A stretch of DNA of 64,000 nucleotides from Pirellulales bacterium (GCA_963733035.1 CAVTBU010000007.1:416001-480000); one strand, 5' to 3'; positions 47,683-58,390 are shown, counted from the stretch's first letter. Notes: generated by a model from the letters alone, not told the origin. Translations and numbers: made by a program.

Positions 47683-48513
47683 ATGTACTACATCGATCCG
47701 CACATCCACATGGTCTCGCGCGTCACCGACGACTACGAGACGCTGGCCAAGATGGGATGCGTCGCCCTGAGCGAGCCGGCGTTTTGGGCCGGGTTCGACC
47801 GCGGCAGCGTCGATGGTTTTCGCGACTATTTTCGCCAGCTGACCGAGTTTGAGCCAAAGCGCGCCGGCTGGTACCGCATGCAGCATTACACCTGGCTGTG
47901 CATCAACGCCAAAGAGGCCGAGAATGTGAGCCTCTCGCGCGAAGTGATCGCCATGATCCCCGAATTTCTCGACAAGCCCGGCGTGTTGGGCATCGGCGAA
48001 ATCGGGCTCAACAAAAACACCAAAAACGAAGCCACCATCTTTCTTGAACACCTCGACCTGGCGGCCAAGACCGACGAGCAGATCCTGATTCATACGCCCC
48101 ATCTGGAAGACAAATACCAGGGGACGCGCATGATTCTGGATATGTTGTGCGACGACGCGCGGCTCGACCACGGCCGCGTCCTGGTCGATCACGTCGAGGA
48201 ACACACAATTCGCGCGGTGCTCGACGAAGGCTTCTGGGCTGGCATGACGCTCTACCCGGTGAGCAAATGCACCCCGGAGCGGGCCGTCGACATGGTCGAG
48301 ATGTACGGCCCCGAGCGCTTGCTCGTCAACTCCGCCGGCGATTGGGGCCCCTCGAAGCCGACCGCCGTGCCCGACTTCATTCTCGCGATGCGGCTGCGCG
48401 GTCATCCCGAGAGCCTGATCCGCCGAGTCGTCTACGAAAACCCTCTCAAGTTCTTCAGCCAAAGCCGCAACTTCGACTTCACGCCGCCGGAAGAATACGA
48501 GGCCGTAAGTTAG
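47683..48513 (+). CDS. TatD-family amidohydrolase (EboB-like)
   Basis: IDPHIHM, GIGEIGL, LIHTPH, VDH, LVNSAGDWG. Confidence 0.88.
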   Translation: MYYIDPHIHMVSRVTDDYETLAKMGCVALSEPAFWAGFDRGSVDGFRDYFRQLTEFEPKRAGWYRMQHYTWLCINAKEAENVSLSREVIAMIPEFLDKPGVLGIGEIGLNKNTKNEATIFLEHLDLAAKTDEQILIHTPHLEDKYQGTRMILDMLCDDARLDHGRVLVDHVEEHTIRAVLDEGFWAGMTLYPVSKCTPERAVDMVEMYGPERLLVNSAGDWGPSKPTAVPDFILAMRLRGHPESLIRRVVYENPLKFFSQSRNFDFTPPEEYEAVS

Positions 48514-48652
48514 CCGTACTACTTCTTCCGCCGATTTGCGCCGGAGGGCTGCGATCCGCGCCGGCCAGCTAGAATGTGGCCGGTCGAACAATCCTTCGCC
48601 GCCGCCTTCGATCATCACGCAGCCGACATCTGACCACGAAAGGTTTGCCACC

Positions 48653-50137
48653 ATGCCTCGCTTCCACAAGCTGAGCCTGATCGCGCTCTTTGCTTTGATC
48701 CTTCTGGGCTCTGTTTCGATCGCACGTGCAGGTGACGCCGGCTTCAAGCCGATTTTCAACGGCAAGGATCTCACCGGTTGGGACGGCAATCCGAAGTTCT
48801 GGAGCGTCGAAGACGGCGCCATCACCGGTCGCACGACGAAAGACAACCCGACCAACGGCAACACGTTCATCATCTGGCGCAATGCGCCGGTCGACGATTT
48901 CGTGCTGCGGCTCAAGTACAAGATCGTCGGCGGCAACTCCGGTATTCAGTATCGCAGCAAGGAAGTCGACAAGTGGGTCATCTCCGGGTACCAGGGAGAC
49001 TTCGAAGCCGGCGACATGTTCTCCGGCATCCTCTACGAGGAGAAGGCACGCGGCATCCTGGCGCTGCGGGGCCAGAAGGTCACCATCAACGCCGACGGCA
49101 GCAAGGATGCCGAGCAGGTGGGCGATTCAAACGAGATTCAGTCGAAAATCAAAAAGGAAGATTGGAACGACTACGAGATCATCGCGAAGGGCAATCACCT
49201 GATCCACAAGATCAACGGCCAGGTGACCGCTGAAGTCATCGACAATCAGAAAGACAAGGCGGCCGAGAGTGGCTTGCTCGCGCTGCAGCTTCACGCCGGA
49301 CCGCCCATGGTCGTGCAGTTCAAAGACATCGAACTGAAACGCACTCGGCTGGCCGATGGCCGCAAGAAGATCGTGATGGTGGCGGGCACGCCCAGCCATG
49401 CCCCGGGCGATCACGAATTCAACGCCGGCGTCAAGCTGCTCGAGAAGTGCCTGGCCGACGTGCCCGGCATCGTCACGGCCTCCTACTTCAATGGCTGGCC
49501 GCACGATCCGACAGCTTTCGACAATGCCGACACCATCCTGCTCTACATGGACGGCGGTGGCGGCCATCCGGTCATCCAGCGGAACCGGCTGGCCGAGATC
49601 GATCAGCTCATGAAACGCGGCGTGGGTATGGCCTGTGCGCACTACGCGGTCGAAGTGCCCAAGGAAAAGGGGGGCCCCGACATGACCGATTGGATTGGCG
49701 GCTACTACGAAACCGGCTACTCGATTAATCCGCACTGGGATGCAGCGTTTTCCGACCTGCCCAGTCACCCCATCACGCGCGGCGTGCGACCGTTCACAAT
49801 CAACGACGAGTGGTATTACAACATTCGCTTCCCTGAGCGCGACAGCAAGCTCGTCCCACTGCTGTCGGCCACTCCGCCGGATCGCACCCGCCGCACCGAA
49901 GCGGCCAAGTCGCACCCTGGCCGCGAGGAAATCGTCGCCTGGGCTGTTGAGCGTCCGGACGGCGGCCGCGGCTTTGGCTTCACCGGCGGCCACAACCACA
50001 AAAACTGGGGCAACGACGACTTCCGCAAGTTCGTGCTCAACGCCCTTCTTTGGACCGCCGGCGCCGAAGTTCCCGCTGGCGGCGTTGAATCACACGTCAC
50101 CGAGAACGATCTGAAGAAGAATCTGGACCCGAAGTAA
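48653..50137 (+). CDS. Exported DUF1080 plus ThuA-like domain protein
   Basis: IFNGKDLTGW, NSGIQYR, GYQGD, WNDYEI, ALQLH; then HEF, HPITRGV, DEWYY, GGRGFGFTGGH. Confidence 0.9.
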   Translation: MPRFHKLSLIALFALILLGSVSIARAGDAGFKPIFNGKDLTGWDGNPKFWSVEDGAITGRTTKDNPTNGNTFIIWRNAPVDDFVLRLKYKIVGGNSGIQYRSKEVDKWVISGYQGDFEAGDMFSGILYEEKARGILALRGQKVTINADGSKDAEQVGDSNEIQSKIKKEDWNDYEIIAKGNHLIHKINGQVTAEVIDNQKDKAAESGLLALQLHAGPPMVVQFKDIELKRTRLADGRKKIVMVAGTPSHAPGDHEFNAGVKLLEKCLADVPGIVTASYFNGWPHDPTAFDNADTILLYMDGGGGHPVIQRNRLAEIDQLMKRGVGMACAHYAVEVPKEKGGPDMTDWIGGYYETGYSINPHWDAAFSDLPSHPITRGVRPFTINDEWYYNIRFPERDSKLVPLLSATPPDRTRRTEAAKSHPGREEIVAWAVERPDGGRGFGFTGGHNHKNWGNDDFRKFVLNALLWTAGAEVPAGGVESHVTENDLKKNLDPK

Positions 50138-50151
50138 CGCCCATCGCGCAA

Positions 50152-50303
50152 CGTTTAGCCCGGAGGCAACGCCGCCGGCGCTCTCATTCACGATCCTACT
50201 GCCCAAAACGTACGTACGACGAGCGTCGTTGATGGTGCGAGCACATCCGCGCAGCATGCGGTCGTAATGCCACACGCCGTCGGCGTTGCCTCCGGGCTAA
50301 ACG
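50152..50303. repeat. REPIN-like inverted REP pair downstream of the RAYT
   Basis: REP at 50152-50180 (+) and 50275-50303 (-), 94-nt spacer. Confidence 0.9.
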
Positions 50304-50878
50304 AAGTCCGTCACGAACGACCAACGCTGTGGCGGCTTGCCTTCCTTGATTGGATTCAGCTCAACGTATTTGATGGCTGCGCGGATGTTCGCGTCGTCGT
50401 CAAGAAACGTTTTCCACTGGCCCTTCTCCCACAGCGACGGCAATTTTCCATTGGCAGCGAATTCGGTCATTGGGTGAATCGCTTCTCTTTTGAGCTGCTT
50501 CGTGGCTTCGCCCTTTAGTAGCGTGCACACCTTTTCAATCGAGAACCGGTGCCGACCAATGACCATGTGCACATGCTCCGGCATGATTGAGCATGCCAGC
50601 ACCGTCAATCCGCTCCTGCGGACGGCACCGCCTAACCCGCGGCCAATCGCACGTGCTTGCGCACCGTTCAATCGTACGGCGGGATAGCGCAGTGCAGTCG
50701 AGGCTTTGCTTCGCCACCGCTCCCATCGATCACGTTCAATATGTTTTGTCGATCGTCCTGTTGGTTTACCATACGTCGAAAGTTCCCACGACGCGACGAA
50801 ATCCGACCAGGAACCCCGCGGATCATTCGGCAGCCAAAATCCGTAGACGCCCCAAATGAGATGATATGCGCGAACCAT
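50297..50878 (-). mobile_element. REP-associated tyrosine (Y1/HUH) transposase, RAYT/TnpA-REP
   Basis: YGFWLPNDPRG, HUH motif MPEHVHM, LWEKG, catalytic YVELNP; flanked by REPs on both sides. Confidence 0.9.
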
Positions 50879-50881
50879 ATC

Positions 50882-51056
50882 CGTTTAGCCCGGAGGCAAC
50901 GCCGACGGTCTTTTGTTTTTTTGGGAGTTCTTATCGACGCATTCCGCGCAGAAAGATTCGCGCAATCAGCAATGTTATCAAACGGTAATCCTCTTCTAGC
51001 CCTCTTTTAGCCGGACGACACACAAAACGCCGTCGGCGCTGCCTCCGGGCTAAACG
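50882..51056. repeat. REPIN-like inverted REP pair upstream of the RAYT
   Basis: REP at 50882-50908 (+) and 51028-51056 (-), AT-rich 119-nt spacer. Confidence 0.9.
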
Positions 51057-51065
51057 TTTCTTCGG

Positions 51066-52388
51066 TTAAATTCCGTACTGCCGCAGCACCAGTTCGCAGA
51101 CGTCGGTGTCGGCCATCGCCGGGCCGGTCAGCACCCCTTTTTCGCTGGCGATAATGATGCCGCGCTGGCTTTCATCGCGCGCCGGCGCGCCGTGTGAGCC
51201 GCGGACAAGCGCGGCGTCGAGCGGCGTGCTCTTGGTGGCCATGTCCAGGTGCATCTCCACCGGGTCGTAGCCCGGCTTGCGATGGATATCGACGGTCCGC
51301 GCATACTTCGGCGCGCGATCGTCGTCCAGCCACCAATAGTACGCCTGCCAACTGTTCGGGGTTGAAACCAGCACGATCTCCCCTGCCCTTTCGTGGTCGA
51401 GTTCGTAGGTCGCGCGCTGCGGGCCAACGAGCACCTCGGCGATCCCCTCGCGCCCGTCGAATCGCTTGGCCACCGGTTCAACGTCGGCCGGGTTTGGCAC
51501 AAACACGTGCGCGAATTGATGGTCGACCAAGGCCCACGCCCGGCTACCGGCGAAGTCCAATTGCTCTCGCCCATCGGCGTCGTTCTTAACGGCCAGCAAG
51601 TCTGCCTCGCGCAGCACGCGGTTCGGATACACGACGTGGTTGACTGGTACGATCGTGTATTCGCTGGCCACGAGCCACAGCGGCGGAGCGTTATCGTCCG
51701 CGGCGTTCATCCCCGCGACCAGCCGCGCAATTGCGCCGTCGAGCTCGACCAAGGCCTTCAGGGCCTGCTCGCTGTCGGGGCCGAATTTTTGCGCCGCATA
51801 GTCCAGATGCGGCAGATAGATGTAAAAAAAGTGCGGATGATGCTGCCGGGCTGCCCACACGGCCGAGTCGCAAATCCAGCCGGTCGACTTGATGTTCGAC
51901 AGCGGTCCCCAAAAATGCTGCAGCGGAAAGTGCCCCAGCGCGTCGCGCAGCGTGCCGTACATTTCGGTCGGCTTGGTATAGCACCACAGCGACTCGGTGC
52001 CGTCGGGATTGTGGATCGGCGCCGGAGTGCAAATGTAGTCCGCGCCGCAGCCCTTGCTGTGCAGCGGAAACCATACGGCCGATGTGATCGTCGGATCGTG
52101 CTCGTGCAGGATATCCCAGATCTGCGGCCGCTGGATGCAGTCGTTCCAGGCGGTCCACATCTCAACTTCGTGCTTGCCGCGCCAGTAAAACCCGTTGGCA
52201 ACGACGCCATGCTCGCGCGGCGACTTCCCGGTGGTCATGTTGGCCTGCACGGGGCAAGTAACCGCCGGAAAGCCAGGTACCAGGCTCGTCTGATCGCCTT
52301 CGGCCGCCATCCCAGCCAGCGTGGGCATGTGGGCCAGGTCCTGCTTGCGCAGGCCGGGAATCGACAACAGCACGACACCATCAGGCAT
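51066..52388 (-). CDS. Alkaline phosphatase/NPP superfamily protein (EboF-like)
   Basis: [57 protein letters not shown]. Confidence 0.88.
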   Translation of the reverse strand: MPDGVVLLSIPGLRKQDLAHMPTLAGMAAEGDQTSLVPGFPAVTCPVQANMTTGKSPREHGVVANGFYWRGKHEVEMWTAWNDCIQRPQIWDILHEHDPTITSAVWFPLHSKGCGADYICTPAPIHNPDGTESLWCYTKPTEMYGTLRDALGHFPLQHFWGPLSNIKSTGWICDSAVWAARQHHPHFFYIYLPHLDYAAQKFGPDSEQALKALVELDGAIARLVAGMNAADDNAPPLWLVASEYTIVPVNHVVYPNRVLREADLLAVKNDADGREQLDFAGSRAWALVDHQFAHVFVPNPADVEPVAKRFDGREGIAEVLVGPQRATYELDHERAGEIVLVSTPNSWQAYYWWLDDDRAPKYARTVDIHRKPGYDPVEMHLDMATKSTPLDAALVRGSHGAPARDESQRGIIIASEKGVLTGPAMADTDVCELVLRQYGI

Positions 52389-52549
52389 AATGGACGCGTC
52401 CTTGTATATGGAGGGTAGGTGCGGCCGCGCGCCGGCAAGCACCGTGTCGCGGCATTTTATCCGAAGTGGCGTTGGCCGCGAAGTCTATTGGCTGCGCGCA
52501 ACGGATACCTCCGTACCCAGCACGCCGAGATTGAGAACGCCGAACAATC

Positions 52550-53197
52550 CTAGTCCGCCTTGCCACCACTTGCCGATGACGAAGATTCCGTCTCAGATGA
52601 CGACGATTCCGCGTCTTCGCTCGGGGGCGGCTCTTGCTCGATCACCACGAACTCGTAGCCGTCTTTCGATTCGGTAGGACGAATTTGGAAACGCGTACGG
52701 CGAATCTCGCGCGGATCGCGCTTGGCATGAGCCCGTTCCACCTGCTGCATCAGCCGTTGCGTCTCGGGCGGAAAGAAGTGCAGCAGCTCCTTGCGGTTGC
52801 TGTTGATGCCGGCGCGGCCCAACAGGCGGCGGTCGACGGCGCGTAGTGCGCCCGACTTCCAGCCGATGTACAACCGTTCGTCATTCTCGTGACGGCCGAT
52901 GTGCTTGGCTGGCTTCGACTCGGAAACGTGCGAGATGTACTCGATGCGGTCGTCCTTCGACACCGCGGCAATCTCAATCTTGAAGAAATCGAGCTGCCGC
53001 GCGTATTCCTCCTCGGAGATCGTTTCCGGAAAGGTCACCTCCCACTCGGCCCGTGGACCGTACGAGCCCGTGTAGACGTAGTTTTTGGCCGACTCTTCCT
53101 CTTCGGCGGAATCGACCGATGGTGGAGCCGCATGCGCCGCGGCCGAGAGCGCCACGGCCAAACCGATGCACCAATGCCAACAAATGTGCCGTTCCAT
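52550..53197 (-). CDS. Exported hypothetical protein
   Basis: Signal peptide; EYARQLDFFKIEI; RRTRFQIR...YEFVVIEQ. Confidence 0.7.
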   Translation of the reverse strand: MERHICWHWCIGLAVALSAAAHAAPPSVDSAEEEESAKNYVYTGSYGPRAEWEVTFPETISEEEYARQLDFFKIEIAAVSKDDRIEYISHVSESKPAKHIGRHENDERLYIGWKSGALRAVDRRLLGRAGINSNRKELLHFFPPETQRLMQQVERAHAKRDPREIRRTRFQIRPTESKDGYEFVVIEQEPPPSEDAESSSSETESSSSASGGKAD

Positions 53198-53292
53198 GCT
53201 GCTGCTCGAGTCGCAAGTCGAAAGGATTCGTCTCGAAGGATACCACCGGCGCGAAATCATTGGCTTCCCGCGGTGGCCGTACGGGCATTATA

Positions 53293-54195
53293 TCACGTCG
53301 AATAGATCCAGCGGCCAATCACAAGCATCGGCACGAGCAACAGCAGGATCACGATGCCCCACACGATTTCCTGTGCGGCAAGCACGGCCGCGGCATCGAT
53401 GACGATCAGCGAAAAGATGCAATTCTTGACGGCCAATTGCACCACCGGCGGCCGCGGATCAAACACCGCCCGCAGGCAGCGGTAACCGATCAGCATCGCC
53501 AGCATGCACCAGAACACGTACCAGTTGGACCGCACGTGAATGGCGGGCCACTCGCCGCCGTGGGACCACATCGGCATCGACGCCACGATGCCCAACCCGG
53601 CCAGCAAGATCGCCAGTCCCAGTGCCAGTTGCCCTCGGCCGCTATCACTCGCTTCGCTGCGGGCAAACGTCGTGACGCCGACGATATACACGCCGATGCC
53701 GACTGCCACGGCCCAGTGCGCCCCGCTCCAGGGATCAAGCGAGACGCTCATGCCCAACAACACGTTCAGCATGCGGCAGCTTCCCATCACCAGCGGCGCG
53801 AGCGGCGTCGGCTTGAGCACGCCGTCATACACGTACACGGCGCCGGCCAACAGCGTTGCAATCAAGCCCGGTCGATAATCTCCAGCCACTGCCGTCACGA
53901 TCCACGCCAGCAGCACTCCGCCGGCGAGCAGGCCAAAACCCAACCGCTGGGCCACCTGCTCCGAAACGCGGCCGGAGGGAATCGGACGAAACGGACGCTC
54001 GCGGGTGTCCTGTTCGCGATCGAAATAGTCGTTCAGCACCATTCCCGCCAGGTACAGCGAGCAAGACGCTGCCACCAGTAGCGCGAATTGGGGCCACGGT
54101 TCGAGTTGCCGGTGCGTCAGCAGAAAGCCAAGCAAAATGTCGGCCATCGCCGTAAAGACGTTCGGCAGCCGGACAAGTTGCAGGTAGGCACGCAC
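53293..54195 (-). CDS. UbiA-family prenyltransferase (EboC-like)
   Basis: RLPNVFTAMAD, LNDYFDREQD..ERPFRPIPSG, YDG, MGSCRMLN. Confidence 0.9.
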   Translation of the reverse strand: MRAYLQLVRLPNVFTAMADILLGFLLTHRQLEPWPQFALLVAASCSLYLAGMVLNDYFDREQDTRERPFRPIPSGRVSEQVAQRLGFGLLAGGVLLAWIVTAVAGDYRPGLIATLLAGAVYVYDGVLKPTPLAPLVMGSCRMLNVLLGMSVSLDPWSGAHWAVAVGIGVYIVGVTTFARSEASDSGRGQLALGLAILLAGLGIVASMPMWSHGGEWPAIHVRSNWYVFWCMLAMLIGYRCLRAVFDPRPPVVQLAVKNCIFSLIVIDAAAVLAAQEIVWGIVILLLLVPMLVIGRWIYST

Positions 54196-54251
54196 GGCAG
54201 AAGGATGACGGCAGAAGGAGGAAGGAGGAAAAAGAGAACGCCCGATAGCGG

Positions 54252-55115
54252 CTAGGCCTCCAGTTCAATGTTCAACTTCTTGAGCAGCGCTGTCAGGTAG
54301 TCGTGCGATTCGCGGGCAGCGTCATCCGGGGTGTCGATGTATGGATACAGCTCGACCGTCAACCAGTCGTCGTAACCACTGGCCGCAATGGCGCGAATCG
54401 TCGCCTCGAGATTGATGGCACCGCGGCCGGGAATCAAGTGCCGGTGAACGCGCGTCTCGGCGATGTCTTCAAGATGATAGTGGACCGTATGCGGGGCCAT
54501 CTTGGCGACCCAATTCTGCGGATCCTCGCCCACGCAGTAGGCATGGCCAATGTCGAAGTTCAGGCCGATCCAGGGCGAGTCGATCCGCGCAGCGAATTCC
54601 AGGTACTCCCCGAACTTCTCGATCAGCAGATCCGGCTCGGGTTCAATCAGTAGTTTCACCTCCACCTGCTCGGCCACTTCGACGCAGGGCATCAACTCAT
54701 CGTAAAACGTCTGGGCGGCGTCCTGCCAGCTCGTGCCCTCGACCACCTTGCCGCCGGGCTCGGTGGTGACGTTCGGCGCGCCGAGTTCCGCGGCCAGTTT
54801 TAGCGCCCGTTTCGTATGCTCGCGGCGAATGGCTCGATAGTTTGGTTCCGGGTCGGTCCAGCCGGGATACCAGTACGGCTGTCGCGGGTCGGCCACGGCG
54901 TTCATCATGAAGGCGTTGACGTTCGATATCTTCAGGTGATGCTTATCGAGCGCGCGGCGGATCGATTCCTTCCGCTCGGGCAACAAGCCGGCCGGCCAGG
55001 CGTGCGGAACGTCGGCCAAAAGCTCGATGCCCTGATACCCCAGGCTGGCGATTTTTTCGATCGTCGCTTCGATCGAAAAATGCAGGTACGCGTTGGAACT
55101 GAAAGCAAGCTTCAT
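54252..55115 (-). CDS. Sugar phosphate isomerase/epimerase (xylose-isomerase-like TIM barrel)
   Basis: GYQGIEL, LIEPEP, NFDIGH, HYHLED, HLIPGRG, TVELY. Confidence 0.9.
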   Translation of the reverse strand: MKLAFSSNAYLHFSIEATIEKIASLGYQGIELLADVPHAWPAGLLPERKESIRRALDKHHLKISNVNAFMMNAVADPRQPYWYPGWTDPEPNYRAIRREHTKRALKLAAELGAPNVTTEPGGKVVEGTSWQDAAQTFYDELMPCVEVAEQVEVKLLIEPEPDLLIEKFGEYLEFAARIDSPWIGLNFDIGHAYCVGEDPQNWVAKMAPHTVHYHLEDIAETRVHRHLIPGRGAINLEATIRAIAASGYDDWLTVELYPYIDTPDDAARESHDYLTALLKKLNIELEA

Positions 55116-55215
55116 CGGCAAGTAGCCCCGGGGTGGGTGACTGATTCAAGGGCTGCGGCGGGTGACAAGCCGGGCATTGTACACGCGTGAAGCCCGGCCC
55201 GGGAGAGCGGATCGC

Positions 55216-56535
55216 CTATTGCCCGGCATCCGATGGTCCCGGAAGCCGTACGCCCGCGGTGCCCAACGGCCGTGGCTCCGCGGGTGAGTGGTCCGATTTA
55301 CGGATCTTGACGGTGACGAAGCCGGTATTGTCGGCCAATTCGTTCCAGCTTTCGTGGCAGCAAGAATAGCTTCCCGTCGGCCGGCGCGACGAATGTGCCG
55401 TCGTTCGAAAGCGGCAGAGGCTCGCCAAGCTGGAAATCGTGAAACACGACCGCTTCCAATCGCCCTGTTCCATTCGCGAGTCCGGCCGCGGTCGTTTCTC
55501 CTCCGCCGGCCCCCAGTTTCCAATTGCCCGGCGCTGTAGTCGTAGGCCTGCCCGCGCGACACCAGCGCCTCCGGAAGCCTGCCAGCCCCGATTGGCCATG
55601 ATGCGCGCGGTCGTCGGCGTTCGCTCGGCGGGACGAAACTTGTGGTGCCAATCCCATCGGCACAGATCGGCGCGATAGCCCTGGTCGACCTGCTTGATGA
55701 ACAGCCGATACTCGAATTCCAGTTCTCGGCTCATGACGCCGAACACTTCATCGAAGCGCGGCTGCGAGCCGTGTAGATAAGCCAGCCCCAACGTTCGGAA
55801 TCGGCCGGCGTAGTTTGGATTGTTGACGAGCAAGTGACACAGCGCCCAGCGGCAGGCGTAAGCCTGCCACGAGTCGCCCGTCCGCACCGGCCCGGTGCTG
55901 TGACCATCCGCCGCGTCCTCAGCCACGATTTGGGCGACCGTCTTGGTGGCCTGGCGATTCAAGTAGTCGATCATGTGCGGCTTGCAGCGCACGCCCGTGT
56001 TGTCTTCCTGCCAGAACTGCCCCAACTCAGCCATTCCCTCCGAGTACCACAGCGGCCCCGTGCGGCCGAACGTCTGACCGCAATACGCGTGCACGATCTC
56101 ATGCTGTGGCGTGCCGCCATCGGCGATGGAGTAGACCGTCGATTTGCCGGCGACGAATTGCCGGCCGCGATTGACGGTTTGGGTCGTGGTAATTCCGGAA
56201 CTAGCCCGAATCTTGGCGCGGCCAATATCTGAAATCGCGCCGGCCGGCCACACGCTCAAGTCACGCACCACGTAGCACTCGATCTCCCCCTCAAGCGGCT
56301 GGCCCCAGTATTTGGCAATCAGCCCCAAGATCGACTCCAGCCGGGCCAGAAGTTCGCGGGCCTCGCGGGCCGGCAAGTCCGTGTGCAGCACGACATGCGT
56401 GGAACGATAGTCCGCCGGGTCGGCCACCGCGTCGCGTGGAGCTTGCGCCCGCGCGCACGATACGGCTCCTCCGCCCCAGGCGAGCATCGCTAGTGCAAAA
56501 AATAGGACAACCCGACCGAGCATCCGTTTGGCCAC
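55216..56535 (-). CDS. Exported gluzincin-like peptidase (DUF1570-like) with C-terminal beta/lectin-like domain (about three internal indels)
   Basis: HEIVHAY...WYSEGMAE; the C-terminal domain assembles from three frames: RGWQASG / SRGQAYDYSA / GNWKLG...GKLFL / CHESWNELADNTG. Confidence 0.7.
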   Translation of the reverse strand: MAKRMLGRVVLFFALAMLAWGGGAVSCARAQAPRDAVADPADYRSTHVVLHTDLPAREARELLARLESILGLIAKYWGQPLEGEIECYVVRDLSVWPAGAISDIGRAKIRASSGITTTQTVNRGRQFVAGKSTVYSIADGGTPQHEIVHAYCGQTFGRTGPLWYSEGMAELGQFWQEDNTGVRCKPHMIDYLNRQATKTVAQIVAEDAADGHSTGPVRTGDSWQAYACRWALCHLLVNNPNYAGRFRTLGLAYLHGSQPRFDEVFGVMSRELEFEYRLFIKQVDQGYRADLCRWDWHHKFRPAERTPTTARIMANRGWQASGGAGVARAGLRLQRRAIGNWGPAEEKRPRPDSRMEQGDWKRSCFTISSLASLCRFRTTAHSSRRPTGSYSCCHESWNELADNTGFVTVKIRKSDHSPAEPRPLGTAGVRLPGPSDAGQ

Positions 56536-56642
56536 GACGCGAGAATCATGGGAAATTCGAGCCCTTATCCATTGTAACCTATGGCCGGCGTCTGCCGGCG
56601 GCCGCTGGCCGGGGCAAACCGTCGAAGTTCATGGGAATCAAC

Positions 56643-56682
56643 AAAAAAACCGGCGACCCGAAAGATGCATCGGGTCGCCGGT
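56643..56682 (-). terminator. Intrinsic terminator
   Basis: 13-bp perfect stem (56649-56661 with 56670-56682) followed by a T-run on the minus strand, 50 nt after the stop at 56732. Confidence 0.85.
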
Positions 56683-56731
56683 CGTCACGGTTTGCCGCGG
56701 TTGGCCCTGGTGAGGGCTGACTCGACCGACC

Positions 56732-57409
56732 TTACTTGGTGGCCGCGTCGTCCGTCTTTTCCTCGGCCTCGCCTTCGCCCTTGTAGGCCAAGGGGAAGCT
56801 CGTCTGATACATGTCGTAAATCGTCACGTAGCAGGTGCCGTTGTCCTCGTCGTCGAGGTCTTTTACTTCCAATGCCAACGGCATGGTGCCGGGGCCGAAG
56901 CCTTCGCCGATTTGCGCATCGAGCACGGGCTTCTCGTCGGTACCGTAGCCATACAGATGCCACACATCGTCGTCGGTGTGGCGAGCGGCAAGGATCAGGT
57001 AGTTGACCTTTTGCTCGCTACCGTCCTGACCGGTGATCTCCAGCGAACCGAGCTTCGACTTCTCGATCGGCTTGTCGTCAATGACGGGGATAAAACCGTC
57101 GGACATGAACAACACGCCCAGCGCGGCGCCGGGATCACTGTTGACTCCGTCGGGGATTTCCTCGGCCTTGAGATCCTTCTGCGGCACCAGGATCAAGCCG
57201 ATCTGGTCGCGATGGACACCGCAGGCGTTGTCGATATCGCACTCGACCTTGACCGCGGCGTTTTCCACGTTGTTGACCGCATCGCTGAGCACCTGCGCGA
57301 AGGCCTGCGAGATTTGCGGATCAAGAATTTCCAAATCTTCGGCCACGGCCGAAGCGGTGCCAACGGCACCCGCCGCAAGCGCGGCAATTCCACACAGCAG
57401 TTTCTTCAT
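56732..57409 (-). CDS. Exported acidic hypothetical protein
   Basis: GGAGGA RBS; MKKLL signal peptide ending AVA; strongly D/E-rich. Confidence 0.8.
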   Translation of the reverse strand: MKKLLCGIAALAAGAVGTASAVAEDLEILDPQISQAFAQVLSDAVNNVENAAVKVECDIDNACGVHRDQIGLILVPQKDLKAEEIPDGVNSDPGAALGVLFMSDGFIPVIDDKPIEKSKLGSLEITGQDGSEQKVNYLILAARHTDDDVWHLYGYGTDEKPVLDAQIGEGFGPGTMPLALEVKDLDDEDNGTCYVTIYDMYQTSFPLAYKGEGEAEEKTDDAATK

Positions 57410-57784
57410 CGAATCCTCCGTTAGCAGAAAGAAAGTAGGACGAGCGATTGGGGGGACGCGCTCAAAGGATTTGACCGGCCACACCGCCGGGCGGCAAGTT
57501 TGAAGAACACCCACCAAGATACCTGCCCCCCGGGGGCGTGCAATAGTTTCTCGCCCGCCGACCGCCAGTTTTCATCGAAACGCGGCGAAGTCGGTGCCCG
57601 ACGGCATCATTCTCCGCAGGAAATTCTCCTCTCAGCCATTGCTGGCCACGTGGTATAGAATAGACGCAGCCGAACGCCCGCCGGGTATACCCTTGTCCGT
57701 ATTCGCCGGCGGCGATCAAATATCGGCAAGCAAATTTCGCCAGGAAGGATCCGACCGCTTTCCGTGCCAGGAGGGACTGCCAGC

Positions 57785-58390
57785 ATGACCGACTCCAACC
57801 GATTCACCGACGCCGAGCCAGTCACGGGCCGCTCTGGGCACTGGGCCACCGCCGTTGCGCTGGTCGGTATTCTATTTGCGCTTGTGGCCGTGCTCGCCGC
57901 CTCCGGCCGCCCCGGCGCGACAGACCCGTCCCTCGCACAGACCCCTCCCGAACCTGCGACAGGTAGGAAGCTCATGCCCGAAGTCAAAAAAAGCGATGCC
58001 GAGTGGCGTGCCCAGCTCACGTCCGAACAGTATTACGTTACCCGCCAGAAAGGGACCGAGCGGCCATTCTCCGGCGCATACTGGGACCTCAAAGAGCCCG
58101 GCAAATACAAGTGTGTTTGTTGCGGCGCCGAACTGTTTACTTCCGACACCAAGTACGACTCGCATTGCGGCTGGCCCAGCTTTTTCGCCGCTGGCACCCC
58201 CGAAAATCTTCACGAGGAAGAAGACCGCTCGCACGGCATGCTCCGTACCGAGGTCACGTGCAGCAAATGCGGCGCCCACCTGGGGCACGTGTTCGACGAC
58301 GGCCCGCAACCCACCGGCACCCGCTACTGCATGAATTCCGCGGCCCTACAGTTCGAGAAAAAAGACCCCGGCGACAAACAGGACAAGTAA
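57785..58390 (+). CDS. msrB: Peptide-methionine (R)-S-oxide reductase with N-terminal membrane/signal segment
   Basis: [39 protein letters not shown]. Confidence 0.95.
   Translation: MTDSNRFTDAEPVTGRSGHWATAVALVGILFALVAVLAASGRPGATDPSLAQTPPEPATGRKLMPEVKKSDAEWRAQLTSEQYYVTRQKGTERPFSGAYWDLKEPGKYKCVCCGAELFTSDTKYDSHCGWPSFFAAGTPENLHEEEDRSHGMLRTEVTCSKCGAHLGHVFDDGPQPTGTRYCMNSAALQFEKKDPGDKQDK

Noticed and set aside
50152..51056. CRISPR array
   Set aside because: The repeats are inverted pairs with 94-119-nt gaps around a transposase, and no cas genes are present.
56583..56619. Additional degenerate REP copy
   Set aside because: It lacks the TTTAG head and the GA pairs; the similarity is within chance for GC-rich sequence.
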